The notes under the pieces were generated by a model. It searched no databases. It saw only the letters and a list, made by a program, of their open reading frames with translations, and was not told the origin of the DNA. From Phallusia mammillata (taxonomy: Eukaryota): DNA of 64,000 nucleotides. The position numbers were made by a program, and so were the translations under genes. The DNA lies in NCBI GenBank assembly GCA_965637545.1, contig OZ281498.1:10168001-10232000 (forward strand), read 5' to 3'. This document shows, piece after piece, positions 23,901-38,200 of the stretch; position 1 is the stretch's first letter; every line of letters starts with the position of its first letter.

Positions 23901-26900
23901 GGTTTGTTGCAACTTTGTAACAAATTGTCTTGCCAGATATGTAGTACTTAGTACAGTTACAGTAGTAGTACAGTTTGCAGTTTATAGTACAGTTTTGATG
24001 CCCTGCTTGTTTATTGTCGCATTATCGCCAAAAACTACGCGTGCTATTATCCTAATCAAGGCCTCTTGTATGCAATGTATGGGACGTCGAAACGTTGATT
24101 GTTGTTTATAATAAAACTGCTGGAAGACTAATAATTTAATCGTTAATGGTATACAGGTACACACACATCTACACTTATTAACTCTTCAACTGGTAACACA
24201 ACATCAATCTAACCTACTTTTTGTTTCTCTTGAAACGCTATCAAATATATTTTTAATCGAGAAATCACTGGCGTTTAGAGTCGAAGGCTTGGTCTCGGCT
24301 TAATTTCGTAACACTGCTATCGCGCCTGTTTAATGAGAATACGAGATCCTACTACACAATACAATAGCAACGACCAACGCAGAGAAACAATACAATAGTA
24401 CCACCTGGAGAAACGGAAATATGATCGTTAATCATCCGGCGTTTAACAATCCTTCTTTAAGTGTACAATGCGTTAAGATGTGGTGTGAACTATGGTGGTA
24501 TAATAGCCTATATCTTAACTTGGGAATTAATTGCGCCAAGATTAAAACGTTTTTGGTGACTAGTATATTGTAGTCATTGAAATACATCCGTAATAAAGCA
24601 ATCACACACATTATTCTGATTGGTATTGGTCGGTTTCTAGATGGGGCGTTAAGCTTATCTATTTCCAATTAACTTAAAGTTGGTTAGCTATGTCGCATTC
24701 TTTTATTCTTAAGGCACACCTTGATTTATTGGACTTATAGTCTGCTTGTTCAAGAACAAATAAAAACTTAATTTTGAAACTATAGAAATCATATATTATT
24801 GTATTTGGCACAAAGAATTTAAGCCTTCCGGCATTTTTGCCATAAGGTTGGTGAAATGTTAGCATGCGCTTTAGTACACCGAGCATGCGTTCACAATAGT
24901 TCAAAAATACAAATAATTTTATTGGTTATTCGGCCTCAAATTTTACCAAATCATAAAATAACCGCTACAGCTCCAAACACAAGACCAGCCTTTCACATAA
25001 TGCATTAACTAAAGCACGACCTTTAACACATTGCAAAAATAGTTCAAAGTTTAACCAGGCACAAGCTACTAGCCCTTAGAAAAGCAATGTAACAGTAATT
25101 AATCGTCTCCTTATCTTTTCTAACAGGAAGCGAAAGCATAAAGCACCAGGACTGAAAAATGCACACGTCACAATGTATCTATGATCCCAAGAAGAAGGAA
25201 GAGTGTTTTTAAAAGAGGCCTGCAAAGAAAACAAAAGCGCTGGCGAAACAATTGCCTTCTGGAACACTAATCATGTATAGATCCATCCTCATTTGAATGC
25301 CTTTCTCAGTAAACAACATGAGTATTTTAGTTTCTAAAGAAAAAAAGCATACATAATTGCCCACTTCAAATTAAACATTGATATTCTTGAGCACCATATA
25401 TCGGATCTTTTTAGCCCTATTTAGTGGCTTCACTTTAGGCTCGGGAGAGATATGTTTAACAATGCATTGGATTGAGTTACTTTCCTAACATAATAGGATT
25501 TTATACAAAAAGGCAACTTAGATTTACCCGACCATACTTTTGTAATGTTAAAAAATTTCGTACATTTTCGCTTTGTAAGTTTTCTTGAATTGCTTCATTC
25601 TTTGCTAAAAAAAACTCGAAGAATTAAAATGTTTACCAGAAAAAAACTGATTGGGCTTTGGAAGGGGGCAATGTTCAACCCACCAACACAGGGTAAAGGT
25701 TTACGAGGTCGACACAACTATTCACCTCTTGTTTGCTGTAGCATGTTTGCATTTCCGATATCACCGACGATATTACTGCTTAAGTACTTACGGCAATAGG
25801 ACTTACTGGAAACTTGCGTAACCTGTTTTTCGTAACTTACAAGAATGTTTGTGTAATCATATTGATGTAAAAGCCGTTTTTAGGTATTTCAGCTCTATAT
25901 GAGCTAATAATTTAGCAAAAGCACTGAATGTCTAAACTATTTTAGATATTACCCTTTCCCTAAAACCGCGTGATACGATAGTTTAATTTCACGCATCGCT
26001 AGCCTGAATATTTGAGGCGTGCTGTGGGCTGGTGGGTATAACATTTCTCCATAGCCTAATGCGCACGGCGGCAGCTTTTGTTTTCAGGGCATCTCGTCAC
26101 CCACGCAATGCCATGTCAAGATACGTACAGAACGAGGCTGTCGGCTCATACCAAAAATAGGGTTGTTGAAATCGACACTATATTTATCCCCAAACTGTTT
26201 GCATAGTACCAGAGGTGCAGTTCGGAATTAAACTTAGATACAAACAGGAACAGCAGCTGGTGACAAAACAATTATTGCTCAATTATGTCGACTGTACAAT
26301 AAATGGTGCCAGCAGAACTACGCATGCCTAGCATCTATAACGGAAATAATAAACCATTCATGTATTGGGCGTAGAATTATCCATTGTTAGCAAATATAGC
26401 AATCCAATAATACAGACGTGTAGTACTGTATCGCATCCGCAAAGTCTTTATTCGAGTAAAACGCATAACATACATGTCCTGGGGTAGTTTTATTTCTCCT
26501 TTCTGGTTTTGTGCCTCTTTGGCTGGGATAAATTTTTGGTAAAAAACACATTAAACGAATTGTTGAGGCAAATTCTTCATGCCTTATTTATAGTTAGGAC
26601 AGTTGGGTCCTAGTGACCTCTTTCGGAAGACATAATTGTACTTTTTATAACTTTTTGTCACGGCAAATAGCTCACACTTGCTATAAGGTATTTGCAAGCA
26701 AAACCAACTGCCATTTTATATTATTTTAGCTGACCTACATCATCGAAACACCGTTTGCAGTCAATGCACAAAGGTTGCAATTGAAGCATGTATTGGCCAT
26801 GTATGATTAAATTACATTTTGCTGCACCAGAAAATGGTTTTGACTCCTTCCAGTCCCTGAGGATGCGTCATAAGAGTCATGAGGTATTTACATATGAGAA

Positions 26901-27320
26901 ATGAAAGCGAGACAGCGACAGGGGAATGAATTGCTTGGCTGGCGAAAGATTAGGTAGCGAAGCTCGGACACAGTGAAATGCGATTGGTCGGTTGGAGTAC
27001 AACGTCATGTCTTCACGCACGGTTGCACCTCATGTCATTCGGGTGACGTCATTAGTGCAAGTGTCGTCATAACTTCTGAAAAAATGACCACAATATTTAC
27101 ACGGACTGGTAAAACATTGTCTGCGTCTTTGGTCTTTTGATCAAAGTTGCAAATTAGAAAGTTGTGTTTAGACGTGCGTTTTTTGTTTTGGTAATACAAC
27201 AGACTTGCTTCAACACAAGTAGATTGGACTTTTATCTTGCAGCGTCATGCAATGCATTATTTAGCAAATAAATCCAATGAAAAACATGCGTTGCGAAATA
27301 CAGTTTCTGATTGACGTTAC

Positions 27321-30300
27321 CTATTTGCGATGGTCGTTCTGAGCCTTGTTTTCGTCCAGAACAGAAATAATAAACCGCCTTTCAGGCATGTTAGCCTGAA
27401 TCGACGAACGGTGGTACTGAATTCGGGAACCCCCCTGAACAACGTGGTTTCTCTCGTATTGGACAAGGACTCGCTCAGGCATTGGAGAGCGTTTTACAGC
27501 ATAAAGACGAGGAACATCAAATGACTTAGACCGTTCAGCACGGGCAGAGGCTCTTTTCGGCATCAAACCGTGAGGCATAGTTTCAGCCCTTGCTCTTCTT
27601 GGTGAGTGTGTGTGTTGATGGGTTGAACTTATTGTACCAGATTTCAGATGCTTCGGTTTAGGCTTGATTGGTGGCTTAGGCTTTTTCGGAGATGGAGAAC
27701 CGGAAGATGCAGACTCTTCAGATGTCCGGCTCCAAGTACGTAGGCGCCCAAAGAGGCCTTTTTTGGGTGAGATATTTTCTAGTGATTTTGGGCTTGACTT
27801 CGTCGGTGATGGCTTTGGATCAAACACTGAGTTTACATTTATTTGTTTCATCGCGTTTGAGTTGGTTGTAAGGTCGAGACTTTTCGAAGGAGAGTTGTTA
27901 TCTTTGGTTTGTATGATTGACTGACTGTTAGTAATTCCCGAAGTTATCAAGTCGGCAGAATTTCGACTTGGTGCACTGACTTGCCTTATGGAAGCCCTTG
28001 CATCGTCGGTTTTGGTAAATCCACGTGGACTGAATAATCTCACATCGGACTTTCTTCTATCTGTGGAAATCGAGCCACTGTGAGTGTGTGTAATTTTGTT
28101 CACGTAATTCCCATTGCCAGACGACGCTAAATTTGCTGACCCAGCAGAGGACAATTTTGCTAAACCAGTAGACGACAAGTTTGCTGAACCAGTAGACGAC
28201 AAATTAGCTGTTTCAGAAGATAAACCTGAGTTGTTTGTCTCCTTCCTTGCAGCATTACCAAACTCATTCCCAGAATTTCTGTTTTCACTTTTGTTCTGTA
28301 CATAAGAGGTAGAGCTTTGTTCGTTTTCGGATGATGTTTGTATTTTTCCACCTTCTCTTTTCGTCTCTATAAAAGATTCCTTTGAATTTTGCAGCAGATC
28401 TTTAGCAGAACGATAGTGATGTTGTTGATTGGAAAAATCGTTTGATCCTATCAAACTTTCTTGTTGGTCCTTCTTGGACTTTGTTCCAGAAGAGCTTAGT
28501 ACTTTTTGATCATATTCACTGGATTTCTGGTCTCCCAATGTATTCGTGTTACCAAGTTGATTTTCTACCGTGCGCCCACTTAGGTTGTGTTCATGGCTGT
28601 AGCCACCCTGGTTTTCAGATTTGTTGCTGGAGTGGCTATGTACCAAAGTACTTGAAAACCTTCTGCCACTTCCTGCCTGAATACCAAGGTTCTTTCCATT
28701 AGACCCATCATTTCCACTTGAACTACCACCGGCGTGACCCTGAATTGATGTGAAAGGTTCAGAACTTGAAGAGTTTACTGCTTTACCACCCAACAAATTG
28801 TCAGTTCCACTTTCCTGATTAATCAGCAACGGAACATTGTTCTTGCTATTGAACTGCGAACTTTGAGAGCCATGTTGGTGATTGGAATACATTACATTGT
28901 CTCCCAAAAAAGTTTCTTTAGTGCCGATATGATGTGAGCCAAGTGTTTGATTCAAGTTAAGGGTATTGTTTTCACCATGTTTGTTTGTTTTTAGATTTTC
29001 TAAAATGTTTCCATTCTCAAATTGCTGATTTTTCTGCACTCCGGGTGACTGGGATTGTAATTGTTGTTGTATCTGTCTATCTCGGTCTGTGTGCATTTTC
29101 TGTTCAGTGACTTTTCCCTTCAGTTGATCTTCTACTGAATTGAGTTTGGACTGAGAGCTTGTGTCATAAGTATTTGCAGAATTATTTTCTGCAATCTGGT
29201 TGTACGTTTTCGAATGTGTATGGGGCATTTGGTTTCCTGTAATACTTTGTGCCATGTTACTACTGACATACAAAGGTTGTGCACGAGGCCAATTTTGCTG
29301 ATTAGCCCCTGATAATTCTTGACACTGAGAAGGAAAGTTCGTAAGATCAAGATTGTTGTCGAACTGGTATGCTGTTGTGGTGCCTGACTGTCTGAATCCA
29401 ACAGCTTCTTGCACCTCAGAATTGTTTTGAAAACTTTCCTGACTCATCTGCAATGGAACATTGTTCTTGCTATTGGAGTGCAAACTTGGAGAGTCATGTT
29501 GTTGATTAGAATACATCCTATTTTCTGCAGAATAACTTTCTTCGTTGTCGATATAATGTAAGCCAAGTTTTTCCTCCGAGCCGAGGTTATTGTTGACACC
29601 ATGACCGGTAGTTATTACAACATTTTCAAACATATTTTCGTTTCCAAATTGCTGAATGTTCTGTGCTTTGGATGACTGGGATTGTACTTTTTGTTGCACC
29701 GTTTTATCCTTATGTGTGTCCATTTGCTGTTCACTGAGTTTTGCTGTTGGTCGATCTTTTACTGAATAGATTTTGGACTGAGGGTTTGTGCCATAAGCAT
29801 TTGCAGCATTGCTGTCTGCAATCTGGTTGTACGTCTTCGAATGTGTGTGGAGCATTTTAGTTCCTGCAAGCATTTTGTTTCCTGCAATACTTTGTGCCAT
29901 GTTACTGCCTTCGTACAATGGTTGTGCATTAGGCAAATTTTGCTGATTATCCCCTGTTAATTCTTGAGACTGAGAAGGAAAGTTGGTAAGATCAAGGTTG
30001 TTATCGGACGGGTATGCTGTTGTGCTGCCTGCCTGTTCGAATCCAACAGCTTGTTGTACCTCAGCATTGTTTTGAAAACTTTCCTGACTTATCTGCACTG
30101 GAACATTATTCTTGCCATTGAATTGCAAACTTGGAGAGCTATGTTGGTGATTGGAATACTTCACATTGTCTCCCGTTAAGTTTTCTTTGTTGTCGATGTG
30201 ATGTGAGCCAAGAGTTTGATTCAAGTTCAGGGTATTGTTTTCACCATGTCTACTTGTTTTCACATTTTCTATGTTTCTATTTCCAAATTGATGAATTTTC

Positions 30301-32296
30301 TGTACTTCAGATGGCTGGAATTTCACATTTTGTTGTATCTGACTATTTTGGTGAGTGTCCATTTTCTGTTCACTGAATTTTGCTGTTGGTTGATCTTTTA
30401 TTGAATGGATTTTGGACTGAGGGTTTGTGCCATAAGTATTTGTAGCCTTACTGTATTCTATCTGGTTGTACGTGTTCGAATGTGTGTGAAGCATTTTGGT
30501 TCCTGCAGCACCTTGTGCCATGTTAGTGCCTTCGTAAAATGCTTGTGCATCAGGCAAATATTGCTGATTGGCCTCTGCTAATTCTTGAGACTGAGTAGGA
30601 ACGGTTTTATGATGATAATGGTTGTCGGGCCCATATGTTGTTGTGTGTCCCGACTGTCTGAGTTCAACGGGTTCTTGCAACTCAGTATTGTCTTGAAAAT
30701 CCGAATGTGTAAAGTCGTTTACATCCATAACATTGTTTCTTAACTGTGGCCCAGTGTTTTGCTTCACTGCTAAACTGGATCCTTGATAAGGGGAATTTTC
30801 AACAGTTTGCACTGTATCATGGCTTTGCATAGAGTTTCTTAATGCAACTCTACTTGTCTGAAAATCAACGTGATCTCTCCCAGGTTCACCATTTGATCCA
30901 GAAAGTGATCTCATTTCGTTGTCATGAGAATGCTGAATAATTGATGTTCCACCATAGCTTTGGGTTGATTGTGCAAAATTATTTTCATTACTGATACCCT
31001 GAATATGCCCTTGGCCGGTTAACGAAATTTTTCTTGCTGTAGACTTCCGCCTTTGTTGAAAACTTGTGCCGCTGATATCTCCATCAGCACTAACACCATG
31101 ACTATGCCATTCAAAGGACTCGTGTGTAGAAATTGGTTGCTGAAGTTGGTGGGTATGTTGCAAGGTCGACGATGTCATCTTTATCTCTCCAACATCTTTG
31201 CTGTGAGCCGAAGAGTCTATGTCTGTTTGAAGACGATGTTGTTGTTCAAGACTTGCCCCTTCACTTGCCACAGCCATACTTCGAGATCCGTGTGTTTGAC
31301 TCTGATACCTATGTGTTTGACTCTGAGACCCATGTGTTTGACTCTGATATCCATGTGTTTGACTCTGATACCCATATACTTGACTTTGATACCCATGTTC
31401 TTGACTCTGAGACCCACGTGTTTCTCTTTCTGACATACTTTCGCCATTGGTAAAGCTGAACCCAGTCAAGCCATCTGTTTGGAATTTATCACCTTTTAGA
31501 TTTGAATGTGTGTGTATAGTTGATGGTAACCCGTACATGTTACCAACATTAGCTTCACGCAAAAGTGACATATCTCCTGAATCTGAACCAACAAGCATTT
31601 CATCAGACTCCTCTCCGGAAGCTGGCGAACTACTTTGCCAGGAAAGCATGGCTGATCTCTCCGAACTTGAGCTGGTTGACGGACCATCCTCCTGTATTGA
31701 CTTCTGACGGTTTTTGGCATTTAGCAGTTGGTGACTCTCAGTGAGAAGGGACTCGTCCTTTACAATGTAAACTCCGTCACTTGGTGACTGCATCTCCAGG
31801 TATTCTTTACTGCCTCTGTACATCCCAGAATCATGTTTGTTGACTGCTGCATATACGACTTTGCTGTGTTTTTCGCTCATCCCAAATCCCGCAGTATCGT
31901 CATGCGCTAAACCATGCGCGTACATTTCGTTTCTAGAATCAATCGAACCTCCTGCAAAGCTTGAATGTTGATAGTAGACTTTTCCTTCAATGGACTCTTT
32001 GCGCATTTTCGCAGCGGCACTTTGAAACGCGTTGAAGCTAGAAAACGCTGTAGATTGTTCATGATAGCCAGCGGCTCCTGCCATTGCTGTAGCCACGGCT
32101 AATCCTGATTCACTGTGGCCATTCTTGGCACCAATCATGTATTGTCCACTTTGTGACCCAGAAACTGCACCAACAACGGCCTGAACATTTCCTGCAGCTC
32201 CGCCACCGCCTGTCATATGACTCTGTCCAAGTTTCCCGGCACCAAGTGCAGAATTAACCCCGTGCTTTTCATGCCCGAGCAAAGGAGCACTGTTTA
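27321..32296 (-). CDS. Terminal 4,976-bp exon encoding the low-complexity cytoplasmic tail
   Basis: Continuous ORF (track 27321..32282), entered in phase 1 at TTTCGCAG/TA AAC; S/Q/N/H/G-rich with internal repeats. Confidence 0.9.
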
Positions 32297-35200
32297 CTGC
32301 GAAAGAAGTGCATACGCTGCAATGGCATCGATGTTATGTATAAGATCGACTTTACATCAACATGTTTGGCAAATGGCTGGTGTGGGCGCAAGCAGTTGAT
32401 CGCACAGGCACGGTAGGGAATAAAAACTAACCTTGTGGTCTGAGTAAGGCAGAAATCAGTCTAAAAACTCTTTTGCAGCTTCGCGTTTGTATCTATATTG
32501 TGATTGTTACACATTTTTAATACTTGTTTATCGCCTGGCCACCTACTGCTTGCGCCCGCAGCCCACAAAATGGTTTAGTCGGAAAGTAAGGTACCAACTA
32601 CACTACTTTAATTTGTTGTGTTTTAACTTGGGTTGTAATTTAGGTTTGTACCTTCTAAATCCTCGCGGGATCTTTCGATTTCCAGAGCAAACTTTTTGGA
32701 GCTGGCGCGCAAGCGAGCTTTGCGGCGTCTTAAAGTTCAAAACATTCATTGTGATTCAATTTAGTTGAAACATTACTGTGTGCTATAACACTTTATAACA
32801 TAGTAATTAAACTAGTGCTTAAGTCTAATGAGGAGAATAACGGCCTAAGTACATGTAAAAAGTGCAATACCTGAAACGTTTTAACAATACAGCATGTCCT
32901 TTTTACGTCTACTTGGGCCGTTATTTTATTGATTAAAACTATAAACAGATCAGTGTATAGTATCATGAATTGAAGTGCTTTTGTATAACCACACTCTTTA
33001 CGATGAACCTTCTTGAAGTTATTGGTTACTTACTTGTGGCATGTGTAGATGAGGATTGCAGTGACGATTATAAGCGCAATGAGGGCGAGGATAAAGGCAA
33101 TCATAAATGGAGAAAGAATTTCGCAAGCTGAAAAGAAAATTATTTAGGTTCACCCTACAAACCACAAAGTTTTGTTACGCTTACCACGAAACATAACAGA
33201 AAGTGTACATTTAGAGTAGGATAACTAAGAATGAACAATCGTTTTCAAGAAACAAAAAATAAACTGATGCCATTTTGGTAAAACATATATTCCAATTATT
33301 ATTATTGACTAAATTCTATGTTTGAAAAGTTTAACATGTTATTTTTTTCCAAAAATGAGAGATAATCAATGACTATGATGCCTGAAGAAGGGTGTGATGC
33401 TGTTCCGTTTAAACATTATCAGCACTATAGGATATAGTTTTAACATAGTATTTATGCTTACAATGCGGAGACACGTTTCCGGTGCTCTTGTCTGGAGATC
33501 CAGCGTCTGCTCCCCCTGGTGGTTTGCCGATTGAAGGTTTAATGACTACAATGGCATCAGGGTCATCTTTACTCATACCAATCACAACAGGAGGAATAAA
33601 AACAGGATAAACGCCATCTGAAATACCCGCCAAATTTACTAAAAGTTGTGAAAATATATAACACAGCACATGTTTAGGTAAAATGCTAAGTTTGCAAAGT
33701 GTTCGTAGCACAGTTAAGAGTTAGTCTTGTGTTTCAATAAAACAGGAATGTACAGCTGTTTCTGGATTGGTAATTATTTTGGTGCAATTGTGTCGCTATG
33801 TTTTTTTTCACCTAGCGAAATATACTCAACTCAACATTTATAAACTAGATTTGTACGAGTTTGACCGAAATTCGGTCCTCAATTTCGGATCCACATATAA
33901 CTCATTATAATTTACAGTCACTTTGCTCTTCCGTGTTTTTGTGCTTTGTGTTTTGTCAACTCTGTAACGAACCTTTGTGTCGTTTTAAGGTGTGTAGTTG
34001 GCCGACAGCTTTGTAATCATTGTTGATGACAGCTTGAAAGAATCCGAGATCCTCTCCAGATTCGTCTACCGGCACCACCTGATGAAGGGACACGGTTTTC
34101 ATCTTGGAATCGCCGTAGATTCCCTTGGTAAAGTTCCTAAAACCAAATTCTATCCCGAATTTAATGACATTTTTTAATAACCTGCGGCCCGCAAACGATG
34201 ACTGCAGCAATTACAACCGATGCATATAGTTTGCACACTCCTGCTTTTGGATGCGGGTTTTACAATAAAATTATGAACTATATAGTTTTTGATTAATCTT
34301 TACTAATGTACAAAAAGTATCACAAGTTTAAATACTTTTTGTAAAGAAACACAATAATTGTTTAATTTTTATCAGACTCCATTCAGAGAACAACATAGCA
34401 TAATTAGTTGCAGTCATTGCAAGGTACTTAACAAAGATTACTATTAAAGACAAATATTAGCAGCATATTAAATCTCATACAATACTCTTTTGTAATTCCT
34501 GAACTTGTCTGACACCACTCACCAAAGTGCAGGTCCGAGCTGGGCTTTGACCAGAAACGCGTCGTGAACACAAACATAGCGATGTATATTCGCATCTGCT
34601 TGTTTCGAATGGTCAAACACGTCCACAATTTGACCTAAACCTTTGTGCTGAGGTGGGCATCTGAAGTTCTTTATCGCATATTTTATTCTGCTTCCTGATG
34701 TGTTGACTGTTGTAAACATTACGATGTTTTCCATAGCAAGGGCTTCCAGCAGAGCTGGTCCCTCAATATTCCTGTAAAAATGTGACGTTTTGTGAATGCT
34801 TATGTATGGCTTATTTGGCTTTTATATATGTTTAATTCATACTAACGTTCGGAGATGCAATTAATATCATAAAAATGTTTGTATAATAACTATGCATTGA
34901 TACATTTATCAATACTAAATAACGACTTCGGAACAACAATGAAAGAACACTTTTACACACATCCCAAATTTGTGAAAGGCTGATTTTAAGTACGGTATTA
35001 ACAAATTAGGTGATGAAAACGTTTGAAAGACCTTAACAGGCAATCTTCTATAGGGTTTTCTAAGACTTAAATAATATTAGACATTGCAGATTAGTAAGCA
35101 TTATATCGTTATCTAAAGCTAGTTAAGACTTAGCCCAGAGGTACTGAAGAATAAATAGGCAACTGAGATGGGTGGAATACGCAATACAAAAAGGAAATTT

Positions 35201-38200
35201 GGCAATATAATTTTCTTAATCGTTTAAGATATTTTGTTTCACAATAGTAACTACTTTTAACTCGCAATCGGGGTTTTCTATGAGTCGGCGTTTTGAAACC
35301 AACAAGCTGTTGATGGAACGATATTGTAAAAAACAAACATTTGTGTTAGATTATTCAACGACGTACCTGCCCAAACGAACACCATGCGTTCTGTTTTGTA
35401 AGTTGGATTTTAGTTGCTGCCCGAAAACTTTCCAATCCCCGTGGATTTCGGGTTCTTGAATAGTCAGCCAATCAGTACGATTGCTGTTCCAAGCCCTGTA
35501 CGTTTGTTCTGGAAACAAATGCAAAGATTTTATTTCCTGTTTTGTTTCAATGTTTCACACAGTTGTGTTCGTTTTTAGCATTAAATTGTCCCCATATGCA
35601 TTTATTTGATTGTTTTTATCTTTATTTATGCCTGAAGTTTCATGAGTGACTAATTTTGAACTTGTTTCAAGTGGTGACTTCCATAACCTTGGTTTCAGGG
35701 TACAGTTGGTGTACATTTGAATTTGCATTGGTCTTTACTATAAATGTGCATCTATGTCAACTAGATGACTATGTTTATTATTAATTTTTTTATTCTATTC
35801 GTATGAGACAATATTTAATATAACTTACATAAGTTACGCAAGATAAGATATCTTTGGTAAGATAAGCCTTCGTTGCTTGTGTCGAGATAAATATATTGTG
35901 AAGACAATAGTTAGGATAATCACTTTATCTTATGTAATGTCAAACTCTTCACTATTCACCCATGAGGCATAAAACTGTACCCTTGGGCATAAATTTGTCC
36001 CTGTTCAAAAACACGGAATGTATGTACGTATACCTTGAGTAAGAATGACCGGTAAATCGTCAGTCCCATTTTGCTTGAAAGAAAGTTCCAAACTATTTTG
36101 AAAACTAAGTTTAGCTTCAAACCGCAGACCCTCGCTTGATACAGTCTTCTTCCATCTCCCAGTAACATCTAGAACAACAAATAGGTTCAAATATGTCCAT
36201 CAGGTGCCGTTAGAAGTCTACACAAGCCAATATGGCCTACGTCTTGTCAGCAGCTGCACTGGTGGGACATTATTGGTCGAAATAGCGTGCACTGTATCCA
36301 GCTTACTTAACATTTATTGACTTGATGTTTCTATATGTGCATCAGGTATTGTAACATAAAATACCGTTCGTGGGTATTTAAGTGGGTCTGAATATTCCTT
36401 AGTAACGCACATCGTACAAACACAATGAACTTAAAAATGCAACAACAGCAAGAAGTTTGGCCCTAAATTTTACATGTTTTTAAACCATGTAAAGTTTACC
36501 TGCAAAGTCAGGCTTAAGTTCATACACTTGTCTGTCGGGTTTACTGAAGTTTGTGTTCACCACGAAGTAGTTGCTCCTTCGGACATTCAAAGGGTCAATA
36601 GATTCTATCGACCACACACTGATGTTACCAAGTTCGGAATCCTCTTGCTTTGACCTGTTCAATATGGAAAACACTTGAAACATAATGGATAGTTGACAAA
36701 CAAAAGCAATTTAACAAAATTTTGCAATAGTCTAGTAGGTCTTCTGTTTGTCGTGTTCGAGATTGCAAATTTCCTGTAAACTACATATTTTAAATATGTG
36801 ATTTCTTGAAACACTGGACAAGAGGATTTAAACAGTGTAACAATTTCACTTATTTAGATTTTTAAACGGTGGGGGGGGGGGGAGTTGTACAATTGCAAAA
36901 CTTTAATTTATTAAGACTATTTACTTTAGTGAAAATGCATCAATGACAGGTTTATTTATATTGTCCGGATTAAAAATTAAGACTTAGGGATCGATGGTGC
37001 TAAACCATTTGCGTTTACGTCGGAACAAACGCTGCACTTATGTAATATATAGTGCTTAATAGTGATCAATTAGGTCTCTGTTTGTCAGTCTGTGTGTGTT
37101 CACAGCGAATGTAGGCTATGGGAAATGGTAACGAGTATTATTTCCGCTGGTTGATCTGCGTCAAAGATTAATGTATCCTGGTTGTCATCGTATTGGGTGG
37201 TGGTTCTCATTTGTCGTCCATGGACTACATCTAAATATAACTCCATGTACATGTTGCATGGATACAAGAAGTAACGCTCTATAGCGCATGGGCACTGCCT
37301 CCCATAATCTGCAGTTCACCAAACACGTATTCCTTTCCCATATTAACCACTGTGCTTAACCATACGTGAAAACACTCTGCCATCCAAAAACAGATTTTAG
37401 CGGCTTTATGCCATCCATGACGTCGCCTATATGCATAACGTCAATATATCAATCGATTATAAAAAAGTTTTTCCCAAAACATCTATTCATTTTGTGTGCA
37501 ATTTGTACATTTCGATGCGTGCCAAATATTTGACCTACTTTGAGGGTAAACATTTTGGTGAGGCGATTTTGTTTAAGTTTGATAATTTGCGTGTCACAAA
37601 ACATCAAGTTAAACTTGTCAAGAGTTAAACCAGAGGAAAACATTAAGAGCTAAAAGGTAACAGATTACCCTTCCTATGGAGAGTAGGTTGAAACAGATTG
37701 AAACTTTTCGAGCAAGTTAAATAGATGGTATTGACCTACCATAGCATTGGGCCAATCGTTGCCTTTTGCACCAGACCTTTATGAATGCATTTGTATTTTC
37801 CAGATGGTGGGCTTTGACCTGGACTTGATACGTCCCCCAGCGACCGATAATCCACGGGACAGCTAGTTTTAATAAAATTAATATTTTACAAACTACAAAA
37901 TTTATAACATATTCATAACATTGTCAATAAAAAGTTTAACCGGGGAAGTAAGCCTATACATTATGTTTGAATAAGATTTTTAATTCTATGTACAACTCAA
38001 AATGCAGACATTGCACACTGATCTACAGTGCCGTAAGGTGGCTATATTAGCTCATACGGCCAATATTTTGTTACCAGCTGCGCCGACGAGAATTCCGAGG
38101 TCGCAGCAGTGTGTATTGTCTGCATTTCGATTTTTACATAATTCTATTTAACTGTTAATTCTATTTAAATAAGATAGTGACGCAGTTGCTATAATATATA

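Noticed and set aside
36871-36882. G12 homopolymer (G-quadruplex candidate)
   Set aside because: Isolated intronic run with no supporting context; homopolymer length is error-prone
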